Shown here piece by piece: positions 7,626-15,737 of a DNA stretch of 42,174 bases. The stretch's first letter is position 1. Each line of letters opens with the position of its first letter. Source of the DNA: a virus. The notes under the pieces were generated by a model. That model was not told where the DNA came from and searched no databases. It was given only the letters and a program-made list of their open reading frames with translations. The DNA lies in the IMG/VR virus record IMGVR_UViG_3300029532_000009, positions 1 through 42,174 of that record. The stretch is one strand, 5' to 3'. The position numbers and the translations under genes were made by a program.

Positions 7626-7692
7626 CTCTGGTTTGCAAAATCAGCTCAGGGGCTGAACAGGCTACGAATTGTAGTCAGTTGCCGTTATTTGG

Positions 7693-8469
7693 TTAGGCGC
7701 AGCTGCCGCAGCCGCAACCGGTGCCGCAGTTACCGTACTGGTAAGGTGCAGGAACCGGGAATGCGGGCACGGGGCGCGGATTGTAGTAGGCCAGCTGACC
7801 GCTCATGTAGGCCTTGAGCGTTTCGTTCTGGGCTGCCTGAGATGCCGCAAGCTGTGCTGCGAACAGCTGCTGACCCTGCTCAGCGATCTTTGCGTCCTTT
7901 GCCTCGATGCGCTGTGCGGTCAGGGCGTCAAGGATGGCGCGGGCGTTCTGGTTCTGGTTGTCGATGATGTCCCGGGTGGTGTTCTGCACCGTGTTCCGGG
8001 TCTCGCAGGACTGGGTGGCCAAATTGTAGTTGACGCCCTGAATGGCAGAGCGGTTCTCGCAGCAACACTCCTGCTGCTGCATCTGCATGGCAAACAGCTG
8101 CTGCATGAACGCCGCCTGCTGGTTTGCGCGGCTGATCTCTGCGGACATAAAGCCGTTGTTCACGGTCTGCTGCACGCCGTTGACAAGCTGCGCCTGCTGG
8201 TAGAAGCCATCACACATGCCGTTGTTGATACCATCCATCTTGCGCTCGATGTTGGCAAAATCGGAGGTCAGGACGTAGCCGTCAACGACACCGGCACCGG
8301 TGTTGCCATTGCCTCCCCAGTTGCTGCCCCAGCCGCCGCAGAAGGCGAACAGGAACAGGATGATGATCCACCATGCGCCATCATTGCCAAAGCCAAAGCC
8401 GTTGCCACCATTGGTGTTTGCGGGCTGAACAGGCATGGTCAGAACCGCAGAATCGGAAGAAAGAGACAT
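7693..8469 (-). CDS. Membrane-anchored Q/N-rich coiled-coil protein with Cys-rich C-terminal tail
   Basis: 258 aa with AAAGGAG RBS. N-terminus GGNGFGFGNDGAWWIIILFLFAFCGGWGSNWGGNGN (TM helix with Gly-rich flanks). Long Q/N-rich middle with a CCC motif. C-terminus YQYGNCGTGCGCGSCA. Confidence 0.6.
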   Translation of the reverse strand: MSLSSDSAVLTMPVQPANTNGGNGFGFGNDGAWWIIILFLFAFCGGWGSNWGGNGNTGAGVVDGYVLTSDFANIERKMDGINNGMCDGFYQQAQLVNGVQQTVNNGFMSAEISRANQQAAFMQQLFAMQMQQQECCCENRSAIQGVNYNLATQSCETRNTVQNTTRDIIDNQNQNARAILDALTAQRIEAKDAKIAEQGQQLFAAQLAASQAAQNETLKAYMSGQLAYYNPRPVPAFPVPAPYQYGNCGTGCGCGSCA

Positions 8470-8532
8470 TTTTGTACTCCTTTCGTGTGTTTTGAATGAT
8501 TTTTATGCTTGAACCGTGGCCACGGTTACGAC

Positions 8533-8757
8533 TTAATGAAGAAACTGCTGAAACTGTTTCGCCATCGCCTGTAATTGGTTCAGCTGGTTTTGTGACATTT
8601 TGCCGGATTGCAGCAGCTTTTGCACTTCTGCTTTTGGGTCGCCTTGAAAGTTTGCACGGAACTGCTGGAACTGCTGCATCAGCTGACCAAACTGACCCAT
8701 AGGGCCGGACATGGCGGGCATACCGCCGCTCAGAACGTTAAAAAGAGGGTTTGACAT
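8533..8757 (-). CDS. Small Gln-rich protein (74 aa, 16 Q)
   Basis: GGAGG RBS. MSNPLFNVLSGGMPAMSGPMGQFGQLMQQFQQFRANFQGDPKAEVQKLLQSGKMSQNQLNQLQAMAKQFQQFLH. Confidence 0.55.
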   Translation of the reverse strand: MSNPLFNVLSGGMPAMSGPMGQFGQLMQQFQQFRANFQGDPKAEVQKLLQSGKMSQNQLNQLQAMAKQFQQFLH

Positions 8758-8759
8758 AA

Positions 8760-9209
8760 TTACTTGGCCTCCGTTTCAGGCTTTGTGGGCTCTTGCTTTT
8801 CCAGCGCCGCACAGCGGGCTGCCAGCGCGTTAAACTCTGCCCGGGTGACAAACTCCACGCCAGACTGCTGCGCCGTTTGTGGCGGCGTTTTTGCGGCTGT
8901 GGTGCGCTCCTTGTAGTCAAACACCCGGAGGGGAAGCGGCATACCGCTTGCATCGGTGCTTTTGATGTAAAACGCGCTGTTTTCGCTGTCCATCAGGAGC
9001 ACGCTGTTTCCTGCGGCAACCATGTATGCTTTTGCGCCCTCCTCGCCCTGCACCCAGATGATGGAGGGCGTAGCCTGTGCTGTCTGGGCTGTCGGCTGCT
9101 GCATCATGGGAGACTGATAGCCCACTCCCTGCCTGAGTTGAGTGAGGTTGTCCGGCATTGGCTGGCCGTAGTATGTCGGCATCTGATACGCATACGGATT
9201 GTAAGGCAT
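8760..9209 (-). CDS. Hypothetical protein with Tyr/Pro/Gln-rich N-terminus (149 aa)
   Basis: AAGGAGG RBS. MPYNPYAYQMPTYYGQPMPDNLTQLRQGVGYQSPMMQQP..., then a folded-looking domain IIWVQGEEGAKAYMVAAGNSVLLMDSENSAFYIKS. Confidence 0.55.
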   Translation of the reverse strand: MPYNPYAYQMPTYYGQPMPDNLTQLRQGVGYQSPMMQQPTAQTAQATPSIIWVQGEEGAKAYMVAAGNSVLLMDSENSAFYIKSTDASGMPLPLRVFDYKERTTAAKTPPQTAQQSGVEFVTRAEFNALAARCAALEKQEPTKPETEAK

Positions 9210-9212
9210 CGT

Positions 9213-9590
9213 TTACTCCTCCTTATACCAGTAGTAAATCGGGCATTCTGCGCCACTGTCCCAGCTGTCCCACCACTCGCCGTCGATCACAGTCAGGACG
9301 TGCCCGGAGCAGCCAAGCACATACACGCCGTGCGGGTACTCCCGGGCAAAATCTGCCACGGTGTAACAGGTGGTGCAGTCTGCCTCCACCAAACGGCGCT
9401 TAAACCCGCGCTTTTGAAGGTACGCGCCCCATGTGCGGTTTGCGCTAGGCATATCGCCGAGGGCAAATCCGGTCAGCGCCAATCCAATGTAGACCTGCTC
9501 CCAGCTCTGCCCTGTGGCAGCCGCTACAGCACGCACGGCGCAATCCCCGACGCTGCCCCCGTGGGGGTTGGGGCTGAACTTGATCCACAT
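9213..9590 (-). CDS. Putative papain-fold (Cys-His) protein
   Basis: ATG 9590 follows AAAGGAGG (the track ORF extends to 9710). GDCAVRAVAAATG ... GHVLTVIDGEWWDSWDSG has the spacing of a Cys/His/Asp triad. Confidence 0.35.
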   Translation of the reverse strand: MWIKFSPNPHGGSVGDCAVRAVAAATGQSWEQVYIGLALTGFALGDMPSANRTWGAYLQKRGFKRRLVEADCTTCYTVADFAREYPHGVYVLGCSGHVLTVIDGEWWDSWDSGAECPIYYWYKEE

Positions 9591-9695
9591 TGGCGCTTGC
9601 CTCCTTTGCGCCCAGTGTAGCAGATCCGCCCGGCGGGAGAGGCAACGAGCGACCAACGAAGGACAAAAATGCTCTATTTTGCCAAAAGAAAAAAA

Positions 9696-9757
9696 GTGCT
9701 CATTGAGCACAAAATTTTACAAATAGGCTTGACTTTTACGCTCAATGAGCGTATAAT
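9696..9757 (+). promoter_or_regulatory. Near-consensus sigma-70-type promoter with two 15-bp palindromic operators
   Basis: TTGACT 9729-9734, N17, TATAAT 9752-9757. Perfect palindromes gtgctcaTtgagcac (9696-9710) and acgctcaAtgagcgt (9738-9752, inside the spacer), with centres 42 bp apart. Confidence 0.7.
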
Positions 9758-9804
9758 AAAGACAGTGAAAGACACCAACACACAACAACATGGAGGTAAA
9801 AAAT

Positions 9805-10140
9805 ATGAAGATCCTTAACGCTGAAGAGTTCGCCGCAAAGGTCATGGAGAACGGCACCGAGGTGGAGCCTGACGAATACAAGACCATGGACTGGCAGCAG
9901 TGGGAGCCAGACGAAACCGTCTGGACGATTTACGCCCACATCGGCTGCGATGGTGAGGTTTTGCACTGCCGTGATCACGCAACGGATACGTTTACAGCAG
10001 ACATGCACTTGACCAATGAGCAGTCCGAAGCGCTCATGAGCGGCGAACTGGACGACATGGAGAAGGACGTCATCATCAGCGACATCTACCCCCAGTACGT
10101 CGAGACGCTCAAAGAGAACGAAGAGTGGATTGACCTGTAA
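9805..10140 (+). CDS. Acidic hypothetical protein (moron cargo, 111 aa)
   Basis: ATG 9805 follows GGAGGT. MKILNAEEFAAKVMENGTEVEPDEYKTMDWQQWEPDETVW... Has its own promoter and terminator. Confidence 0.6.
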   Translation: MKILNAEEFAAKVMENGTEVEPDEYKTMDWQQWEPDETVWTIYAHIGCDGEVLHCRDHATDTFTADMHLTNEQSEALMSGELDDMEKDVIISDIYPQYVETLKENEEWIDL

Positions 10141-10148
10141 ATAAAAAA

Positions 10149-10190
10149 ATCCCCTGCCGGATGCTCGCAACATCTGGCAGGGGATTTTGT
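10149..10190 (+). terminator. Rho-independent terminator
   Basis: 15-bp stem atcccctgccggatg/catctggcaggggat, then tttgtg. Confidence 0.85.
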
Positions 10191-10249
10191 GAAAGACGTA
10201 CCATGGAGGTACACGAACATATTATCATGCGAAAGAAAGGAAGTCAACC

Positions 10250-10567
10250 ATGTATAGCAAAGCAGAACTTTTTGACATGGCTGCCAAGCAGCCGAAAGAA
10301 GTTTTTCTCGGTAACGTCACCCTCAGCATCCCGGACGATTCCGATGGCTGCGCCGATCTGGACGCCGAGACCGCCAGCCTGTCCCATCTCTGGGACGTCT
10401 CCCGCATGAGCGTGCGGGAGATGGTGGTGGCATCCGGCATCAGCCAGACCGCCTTTGCAAAGGGTGCGGGCATCCCGCGCCGCACGGTGCAGGGGTGGTG
10501 TTTGGGCGAGCGCGACTGCCCGGAATACGTCCGCTTCCTGCTGGCCGAGCACTATGGGCTGATCTGA
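10250..10567 (+). CDS. Hypothetical protein with C-terminal HTH-like segment
   Basis: 105 aa. MSVREMVVASGISQTAFAKGAGIPRRTVQGWCLGERDCPEYVRFLLAE resembles a Cro/YdaS-type HTH. Confidence 0.5.
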   Translation: MYSKAELFDMAAKQPKEVFLGNVTLSIPDDSDGCADLDAETASLSHLWDVSRMSVREMVVASGISQTAFAKGAGIPRRTVQGWCLGERDCPEYVRFLLAEHYGLI

Positions 10568-10577
10568 GGAGAATGTT

Positions 10578-11282
10578 ATGGCAGAAGATTTGACTGGAAA
10601 GCATTTTGGAAAGTGGACGGTGCTTGCGCCGTCTGAAAAGCCGCACTACTACACATGCCAGTGTGAGTGCGGAGTGGTAAAAGACGTGTATGACAGCTCC
10701 CTGCGTCTTGGCAAAAGCCGAAGCTGTCTGTCTTGCGCGAATCGAGGGCAAAAGCCAGCCATGACGGAGACGGCTTTACGAAAGGCGAAGAAAAAAGAAG
10801 GACAGATTATTAACGGATGGAAAGTATTGGAAGTTTTGCCCGAAAAGAGGTCAGGCTGCTTTCTGTGCCGTGCTATTTGCCCGAAATGTGGGAAGGAAAC
10901 CGCCGTAAAGATCACAAGGCTTTCTCGAATCCAGCATTGCGCAGATTGCAACAGGGACATTGGAGAGAAAACCGGGGCAATTCACAGCACAGCTTACGCG
11001 GGTGGCTCTTCCCTTATGTCGATTCGCAAAAGGGTTGGAGGCCATATCAATAAAAATTCCACTTCTGGCGCAAATGGCGTGTGTAAAGACTGCCACGGTC
11101 GATGGCGTGCATATATCAATTTCCAACGCAAGCAATATCATCTCGGCAGCTATGACACGGTCGAGGAAGCCGTTGCGGCCCGCAAAGAGGCCGAAGAACT
11201 GATCTACGCCCCGTACCTTAAAGAACATGAAGGATGGGAAGAAGAACTTTCCAGCAGGCTTGAGGAATTGAAGAAAAAGTAA
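10578..11282 (+). CDS. AP2-domain DNA-binding protein with repeated N-terminal Cys4 modules
   Basis: GAGGAG RBS. Two G(K/W)W(T/K)VL...C.C.CG/CP.CG zinc-ribbon-like modules, then GVCKDCHGRWRAYINFQRKQYHLGSYDTVEEAVAARKEAE (AP2/integrase-type DNA-binding signature). Confidence 0.65.
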   Translation: MAEDLTGKHFGKWTVLAPSEKPHYYTCQCECGVVKDVYDSSLRLGKSRSCLSCANRGQKPAMTETALRKAKKKEGQIINGWKVLEVLPEKRSGCFLCRAICPKCGKETAVKITRLSRIQHCADCNRDIGEKTGAIHSTAYAGGSSLMSIRKRVGGHINKNSTSGANGVCKDCHGRWRAYINFQRKQYHLGSYDTVEEAVAARKEAEELIYAPYLKEHEGWEEELSSRLEELKKK

Positions 11283-11288
11283 AAAAAT

Positions 11289-11364
11289 CCCCCGATGCTC
11301 CAAACGGAACACCGGGGGTTGAAAAAAAGAGACCAGCGGGTAAACGTTCTTCCGCTGGTCTCTT
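11289..11364. terminator. Two hairpins between convergent transcription units
   Basis: cccccg/cggggg (11289-11318) flanked by A7. 13-bp stem aagagaccagcgg/ccgctggtctctt (11327-11364) preceded by A7, so both are followed by T runs on the minus strand. Confidence 0.65.
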
Positions 11365-11420
11365 GCATACATTCATGATGGATGTGTATGCGCTATCCAC
11401 CATCTCGTATGATTAGTATA

Positions 11421-11588
11421 TCACACATTCAGCATTTTTTCAATGCTTTTCAGCCGGTAGCCTATCGCCGTCCGGCTGTAATGTGTCTGTGCTGCAATGT
11501 CCGGCAGCGGAAGCCGCTCGACGTACCGCAGTAAGGCTATCTTACGGTCTACCCTCCCAAGCGGTGCGCTTTTGATGGCTGCGGTCAT
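11421..11588 (-). CDS. Small sigma-70 region-4/LuxR-like HTH protein (start uncertain)
   Basis: MTAAIKSAPLGRVDRKIALLRYVERLPLPDIAAQTHYSRTAIGYRLKSIEKMLNV. The frame is open upstream to 11711 but that part has non-protein-like composition. Confidence 0.45.
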   Translation of the reverse strand: MTAAIKSAPLGRVDRKIALLRYVERLPLPDIAAQTHYSRTAIGYRLKSIEKMLNV

Positions 11589-11598
11589 CTGCTGTCGG

Positions 11599-11805
11599 TC
11601 AAGCCCTTGCAGCGCAGGGGGCAGCACTACACGAGCCGCCGCCACAGGCAGCACCGAGCCAGAAGGGCTGCGGCAGCTGTCCGGCGTTGCGCACCATAGC
11701 GGTGACGACACCGAGACGGTTCACCATTTTGTTGACATCAACAAAATGGTTGCTGATGGCGTACAATTTCGGGCTGTGCCGAAAATGGTATGTAGTGCTG
11801 CTCAT
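11599..11805 (-). CDS. Hypothetical ORF overlapping the HTH ORF out of frame (possibly the N-terminal half of a split gene)
   Basis: ATG 11805 follows GGAGGA. MSSTTYHFRHSPKLYAISNHFVDVNKMVNRLGVVTAMVRNAGQLPQPF..., and the tail becomes Gly/Cys/Ala-rich. Confidence 0.3.
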   Translation of the reverse strand: MSSTTYHFRHSPKLYAISNHFVDVNKMVNRLGVVTAMVRNAGQLPQPFWLGAACGGGSCSAAPCAARA

Positions 11806-11916
11806 GGTCATTCCTCCTGCGTCACATCGTCCGGTGCATCAATCGCGCCGTCCTCAACGGAAATGGTGCGATTTCGTGAATGAAGCTCGTATGTAGTGCT
11901 TGTCCTGATACCATCC

Positions 11917-12183
11917 TTACTGCTGCTTGATGCAGCGATTGGTCATCTTGCCGTACACATCTTCGTACAGCTCCTGCTTATCGCCGTTGTAGGTGTACTC
12001 GGCATAGATGCCGTCACCGCTCACGGTGGTAGACAGTAGCGCCTTGTAGTTCTGGAGCGTCTTGCAAGCCCAGACCACAAAGACGTTTTCGAGGGTGATT
12101 TTGGTCTCGCGGTGCGCGTTGTACCACTCGACCAGTGCATTCTTGCACACGCTTTCGTATTCTGCCATGCCGGTAATAATCAT
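11917..12183 (-). CDS. Hypothetical protein (88 aa)
   Basis: AAGGAGG RBS. MIITGMAEYESVCKNALVEWYNAHRETKITLENVFVVWACKTLQNYKALLSTTVSGDGIYAEYTYNGDKQELYEDVY. Confidence 0.6.
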   Translation of the reverse strand: MIITGMAEYESVCKNALVEWYNAHRETKITLENVFVVWACKTLQNYKALLSTTVSGDGIYAEYTYNGDKQELYEDVYGKMTNRCIKQQ

Positions 12184-12197
12184 AGTATGTTTCCTCC

Positions 12198-12422
12198 TTA
12201 CAGTGTGATTTCCTCAGCGTCCGCCTTGTCTTCTGCGTCCAGTGCGTCATAGTACGCCCCTGCCAGAGTTTCCACCTCTGCGATGTCGTCCTCCGTCAGC
12301 AGTCCGTTGTCCAGATGGGTGTACGCCTTATCCAACCAGTATGCCACATCGCGTCCTGCTGCAATTTCCCGCTTGATGGAGCGCAGGGTCAAGTCATGGC
12401 GGGATTTGGATTTGATTGCCAT
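12198..12422 (-). CDS. Hypothetical acidic protein downstream of the fibre gene (74 aa)
   Basis: AAGGAGG RBS. MAIKSKSRHDLTLRSIKREIAAGRDVAYWLDKAYTHLDNGLLTEDDIAEVE... Confidence 0.55.
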   Translation of the reverse strand: MAIKSKSRHDLTLRSIKREIAAGRDVAYWLDKAYTHLDNGLLTEDDIAEVETLAGAYYDALDAEDKADAEEITL

Positions 12423-12434
12423 AGTCAGTCCTCC

Positions 12435-14372
12435 TTATGTGTTGGTCATTGATGCCACAGCATCCTCAAGGTCAGTGATGCGCTTGATGGGGTCTGCTCT
12501 GCCGGTCACCGTCACACTGTCTGCGTCGGTCAAGACTGTGTTCACGCCGGGGAGGGCGGGGATAGGCTGCGCTCCTGTGGCAGTGAAGGGGACAGGCGTA
12601 GCTAGCTTGTAGGCGATTTGCACCGGGGTTTTGGCGGCGTACTGGGCGGCGAGGTAGGATTTTAAGTCGTCAACGGTATCAAATCCGCATGTGTTTAAGC
12701 CAACGTTAATGTTTCTGTTTTCAGCGTATAGGGCGTTAGTGTTTGCTGTTTTTGTGCCGCTCCAATGGCTTGCCACTACCGTGCTAGTAGGCACGGATAC
12801 TGGCAGGGCTAAGTTGATTTCAAACAAATTATACTTATCTCGCTTGTATATCCTCTCCGTTCCCGTCAGCGTAAGTAGCGCCCGCGTCTCCTGCCCCTCT
12901 CCCGTCACTGCATCCACCGTACCGCCGTAGATGGTGCGGGGCAGAGTGATGGTGGCAGTTTGGCCGGTGTAGGGGGCGTAGGTGGTAGGGGCAGTGGTGC
13001 CAAGCGTGATTTGCAGATTGGTGCAAGTTCTCTCTCTGTTTTCGTCCAGTCCTGCGTACAATCGCACCGTCGCTATGTTTCCAGCTTTAAGAACCGTGCT
13101 GCTGCCACCGTTTGCACGAAGCGTTCCAATTTCCGCGCCAGTGCCATCATAAAAACGAACCTCTCTCAAGGTTCCGGTTGAGCACTCTCCAGAAAAATAT
13201 AGCTGCACGTTTCTGGGCAGAAGATTCACAGCGTCCATGTCGATTTTTGTTGTGATATTTGAATTGTACGTCTGCAAGGTGATTTTATCGAGGCTCCACA
13301 GGGTTTCCCCGCATCTTGTCACTGTCACACTGTCCCTGCCCTTAATCGGCCGGACATTGTCCGGGCTAGGTTCGGCGCTCCCTTCCTGCGTGGGCTCCCA
13401 GCTGGCAGTCACGCCCAGCGGATAATTTGCCACGGGGTAGCACTGCAACGGGTTGCCGGTCTCTTCCAGTGGCGGGCAGAGCATGTCCACGATGTGCTTG
13501 CTGCTCCAGGCGTCGGGCCCCACGGCGGTATCATCAATTTGTATGCCATCTTTGCCGTCTGCACCTGCCGGGCCGGGGTCGCCTTTAGGCCCCTGTGGCC
13601 CAGTGTCACCTTTTTCGCCCTGCGGCCCCTGCGCACCCTGCGGGCCGCGCTCGCCCTGAATGCCACGCGGCCCCTGTTCACCACGAGGGCCAGTCTCGCC
13701 CTGCGGGCCGGTGGCTCCGGTAGCACCAGTGGGGCCTTGAGGGCCTTGCTCACCCTGCGGGCCGATGGGGCCAGTGTCGCCCTTGTCGCCTTTCTCGCCT
13801 TTGAAGTTACCAGCGGCAATGCCGTCTTTCAGTTCCTGTAAGCTGTCAGCGGCCTTTTTCTGTGCGTCACCGGCAGCTTTCTCGCTGGCAGCGGCTTTTT
13901 GTGCGGCTGCTCCTGCCTGCTGCGCTGCAGTCTGCGCGTCGGTCTTGGCCTGCTCTGCGGCGGTGGCATCTTTGTGCACGGCATCCACCAGCTGCTGCCA
14001 CGCGGGCGAGTCCGGCTCCGGCTCTGTGCCGTCCTCTGTGCCGCTGTTGGCGCTGACGCGATATCGCAGGTCGGCGCTGGTCACGGTCTTTGTGCCGTCG
14101 CTGCCCTCAAAGGTAATGCAGCCGTTGCCGGGCTGTGCGGTAACGCTGGCGGGCACATCCACAGAGCCGTCCACCACCAGCGAGGATGCCGGGTCTTTGC
14201 CGCCCGGGACGTGCCAAAAGGCCCGGATGGTCAGGTCCTGCCACTCGCCGGATGCGGTGACAGCAAGTCGGTACACACCCCGGTTCTTGGTGTAGCCAAA
14301 GCGCACCAGCTGCTCATAGCCCGGCACTTTGACGACGCCATTGGATGCGAGAGATACGCTTAGCTCGATCAT
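12435..14372 (-). CDS. Tail fibre / receptor-binding protein with coiled coil and collagen-like triple-helix region
   Basis: 645 aa with AAGGAG RBS. Beta-rich N-domain, Ala/Gln/Lys-rich coiled coil, 28 consecutive G-X-Y triplets (aa 192-275), and a ~370-aa C-terminal domain. Confidence 0.75.
   Translation of the reverse strand: MIELSVSLASNGVVKVPGYEQLVRFGYTKNRGVYRLAVTASGEWQDLTIRAFWHVPGGKDPASSLVVDGSVDVPASVTAQPGNGCITFEGSDGTKTVTSADLRYRVSANSGTEDGTEPEPDSPAWQQLVDAVHKDATAAEQAKTDAQTAAQQAGAAAQKAAASEKAAGDAQKKAADSLQELKDGIAAGNFKGEKGDKGDTGPIGPQGEQGPQGPTGATGATGPQGETGPRGEQGPRGIQGERGPQGAQGPQGEKGDTGPQGPKGDPGPAGADGKDGIQIDDTAVGPDAWSSKHIVDMLCPPLEETGNPLQCYPVANYPLGVTASWEPTQEGSAEPSPDNVRPIKGRDSVTVTRCGETLWSLDKITLQTYNSNITTKIDMDAVNLLPRNVQLYFSGECSTGTLREVRFYDGTGAEIGTLRANGGSSTVLKAGNIATVRLYAGLDENRERTCTNLQITLGTTAPTTYAPYTGQTATITLPRTIYGGTVDAVTGEGQETRALLTLTGTERIYKRDKYNLFEINLALPVSVPTSTVVASHWSGTKTANTNALYAENRNINVGLNTCGFDTVDDLKSYLAAQYAAKTPVQIAYKLATPVPFTATGAQPIPALPGVNTVLTDADSVTVTGRADPIKRITDLEDAVASMTNT
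13548..13799 (-). repeat. Collagen-like G-X-Y repeat (28 triplets) inside the fibre gene
   Basis: [85 protein letters not shown]. Confidence 0.9.
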
Positions 14373-14375
14373 AAA

Positions 14376-14711
14376 TTACTCCTTGTTGATGGTAGGCTTC
14401 TTTTCTGCCAATGCCTTCTTCATCAGGCTCACGGCCTTTTCAATCACCGCGTCAAGCACTTCATCCGTGATGATAGGCTTCAGCCATGCAGGGCAGGCCG
14501 CACGCAGCGCGTCAAAGACCTGCTTCTTTTTCTTTGCGCCCTGGCCGCTGCCCATGATGCTGTCTTCGGCCTTGCACACGAGGTCATAGGCCAGATCTTT
14601 GACCAGCTGCTTATAGCCCATGCGGATAGCGCCGACCGCCAGAGCCACAAAGCCGACGATGATGAGAGCGATTGCGACGGGGGTGGGGATGAAATTAAGA
14701 ATTGCTGCCAT
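14376..14711 (-). CDS. Holin (LL-H-type by architecture)
   Basis: 111 aa. N-terminal TM helix FIPTPVAIALIIVGFVALAVGAI, charged C-terminal domain, adjacent to the endolysin. Confidence 0.55.
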   Translation of the reverse strand: MAAILNFIPTPVAIALIIVGFVALAVGAIRMGYKQLVKDLAYDLVCKAEDSIMGSGQGAKKKKQVFDALRAACPAWLKPIITDEVLDAVIEKAVSLMKKALAEKKPTINKE

Positions 14712-15084
14712 GTTTCGTTACTCCTTCTGTCAAATAGTTGTCAATGTCGGCCTTGCTTTTCTGCATGGCCTGAACGTTATTTCCGGTGAGCTGCGCTTCC
14801 AGCAAGGCACGCACGGCCTGCAGGGTCAGGCGGTTCACTTCGTCGATGTCTCCAAAGCGGCTCAAATCGCGGGAAAGTGCCGCTGTGTGCTGGGTATAGC
14901 CGGTTTCCAGTGCGCCAACGCGCCGGTCAAGGTCGTCAAGGCGCTTGTTTTGCGCCTCGTCCGGCGCTCCGGCCTTTTTGATGTACTTGTGGATGATTTC
15001 CAGCACCTTGTCCACCGTGATAGCGCCAGCGCACACGCTGCCAAGGATGCTAACCACCCACAAGATTGCCTGCTCTTTGGTCAT
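14695..15084 (-). CDS. Holin-like membrane protein (N-terminal TM helix plus coiled coil)
   Basis: 129 aa. AILWVVSILGSVCAGAITV, then a long helical region. ATGA overlap with the endolysin stop. Confidence 0.4.
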   Translation of the reverse strand: MTKEQAILWVVSILGSVCAGAITVDKVLEIIHKYIKKAGAPDEAQNKRLDDLDRRVGALETGYTQHTAALSRDLSRFGDIDEVNRLTLQAVRALLEAQLTGNNVQAMQKSKADIDNYLTEGVTKHGSNS

Positions 15085-15737
15085 GCACCCTCCCGGAGAC
15101 GGGTCAGGCCCTTCTTGCAGATGATGCTGGCATAGTCCTTGTAGGCAATGGACAGGTCAACATTGCCGGCAACGCCCGGAACGCTGCCGGAGCTGGTATG
15201 CTGCCACATCCCATAGGGGTATACCGTGGCGGGCTTCTGGCTACGGTAGGCCGCCAGCCACACATCATAGGGCTTGAGCGCCGCGCCGGTCATGTAAAGG
15301 TGCTTGTCTGCATAGCTCAGGTAGGTGTACAAGATAGAGTAAAATCCCCAGTCCTGCACCGTTTTCAGCTCGTAAGCGGTCAGGTCGGTCAGCACCTCTT
15401 TGCTAAGCTTCGCGGGCAACGCGTCCTCGACGTCCACAGCCACCGGCAGGCGCAGCGTCTTGCCGATCAGGGCGCTTTTCAGCAGGGCCAGCTCCTTGTC
15501 AGCTTCTGCTCGGCTGACGGCCTTGAAGTAGCCATACACGCCCACCGGGATGTCCAACCGAGTGCACTCTGCATAGTTGCGCTCAAAGGTCGGGTCAAGA
15601 TACGGCTTGCTTGCCTTGCCGTCTGCACTGTTGCCCATGGCCCGCAGCATCACACCGTCAATTTTGCCGCTGGCCTTGACCTTGTCCCAGTCGATGTTGC
15701 CCTGCCAGCGGGAAACGTCCATGATTGTTTTACTCAT
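15081..15737 (-). CDS. Endolysin, GH25 muramidase
   Basis: MDVSRWQGNIDWDKVKASGKIDGVMLRA...VGVYGY...DVE...W.WQHTSSGSVPGVAGNVDLS are classic GH25 motifs. Confidence 0.85.
   Translation of the reverse strand: MSKTIMDVSRWQGNIDWDKVKASGKIDGVMLRAMGNSADGKASKPYLDPTFERNYAECTRLDIPVGVYGYFKAVSRAEADKELALLKSALIGKTLRLPVAVDVEDALPAKLSKEVLTDLTAYELKTVQDWGFYSILYTYLSYADKHLYMTGAALKPYDVWLAAYRSQKPATVYPYGMWQHTSSGSVPGVAGNVDLSIAYKDYASIICKKGLTRLREGA

Noticed and set aside
8512-8527. Perfect 16-nt palindrome aaccgtggccacggtt as a terminator
   Set aside because: It has no loop and no T run on either strand. It may be a protein-binding or restriction-type site, but I cannot support a terminator call.
11732-11767. TTGACA ... 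TACAAT on the plus strand as a promoter
   Set aside because: The spacer is 24 nt, far from the 16-18 nt optimum. The site lies inside a minus-strand ORF and no plus-strand gene lies downstream.
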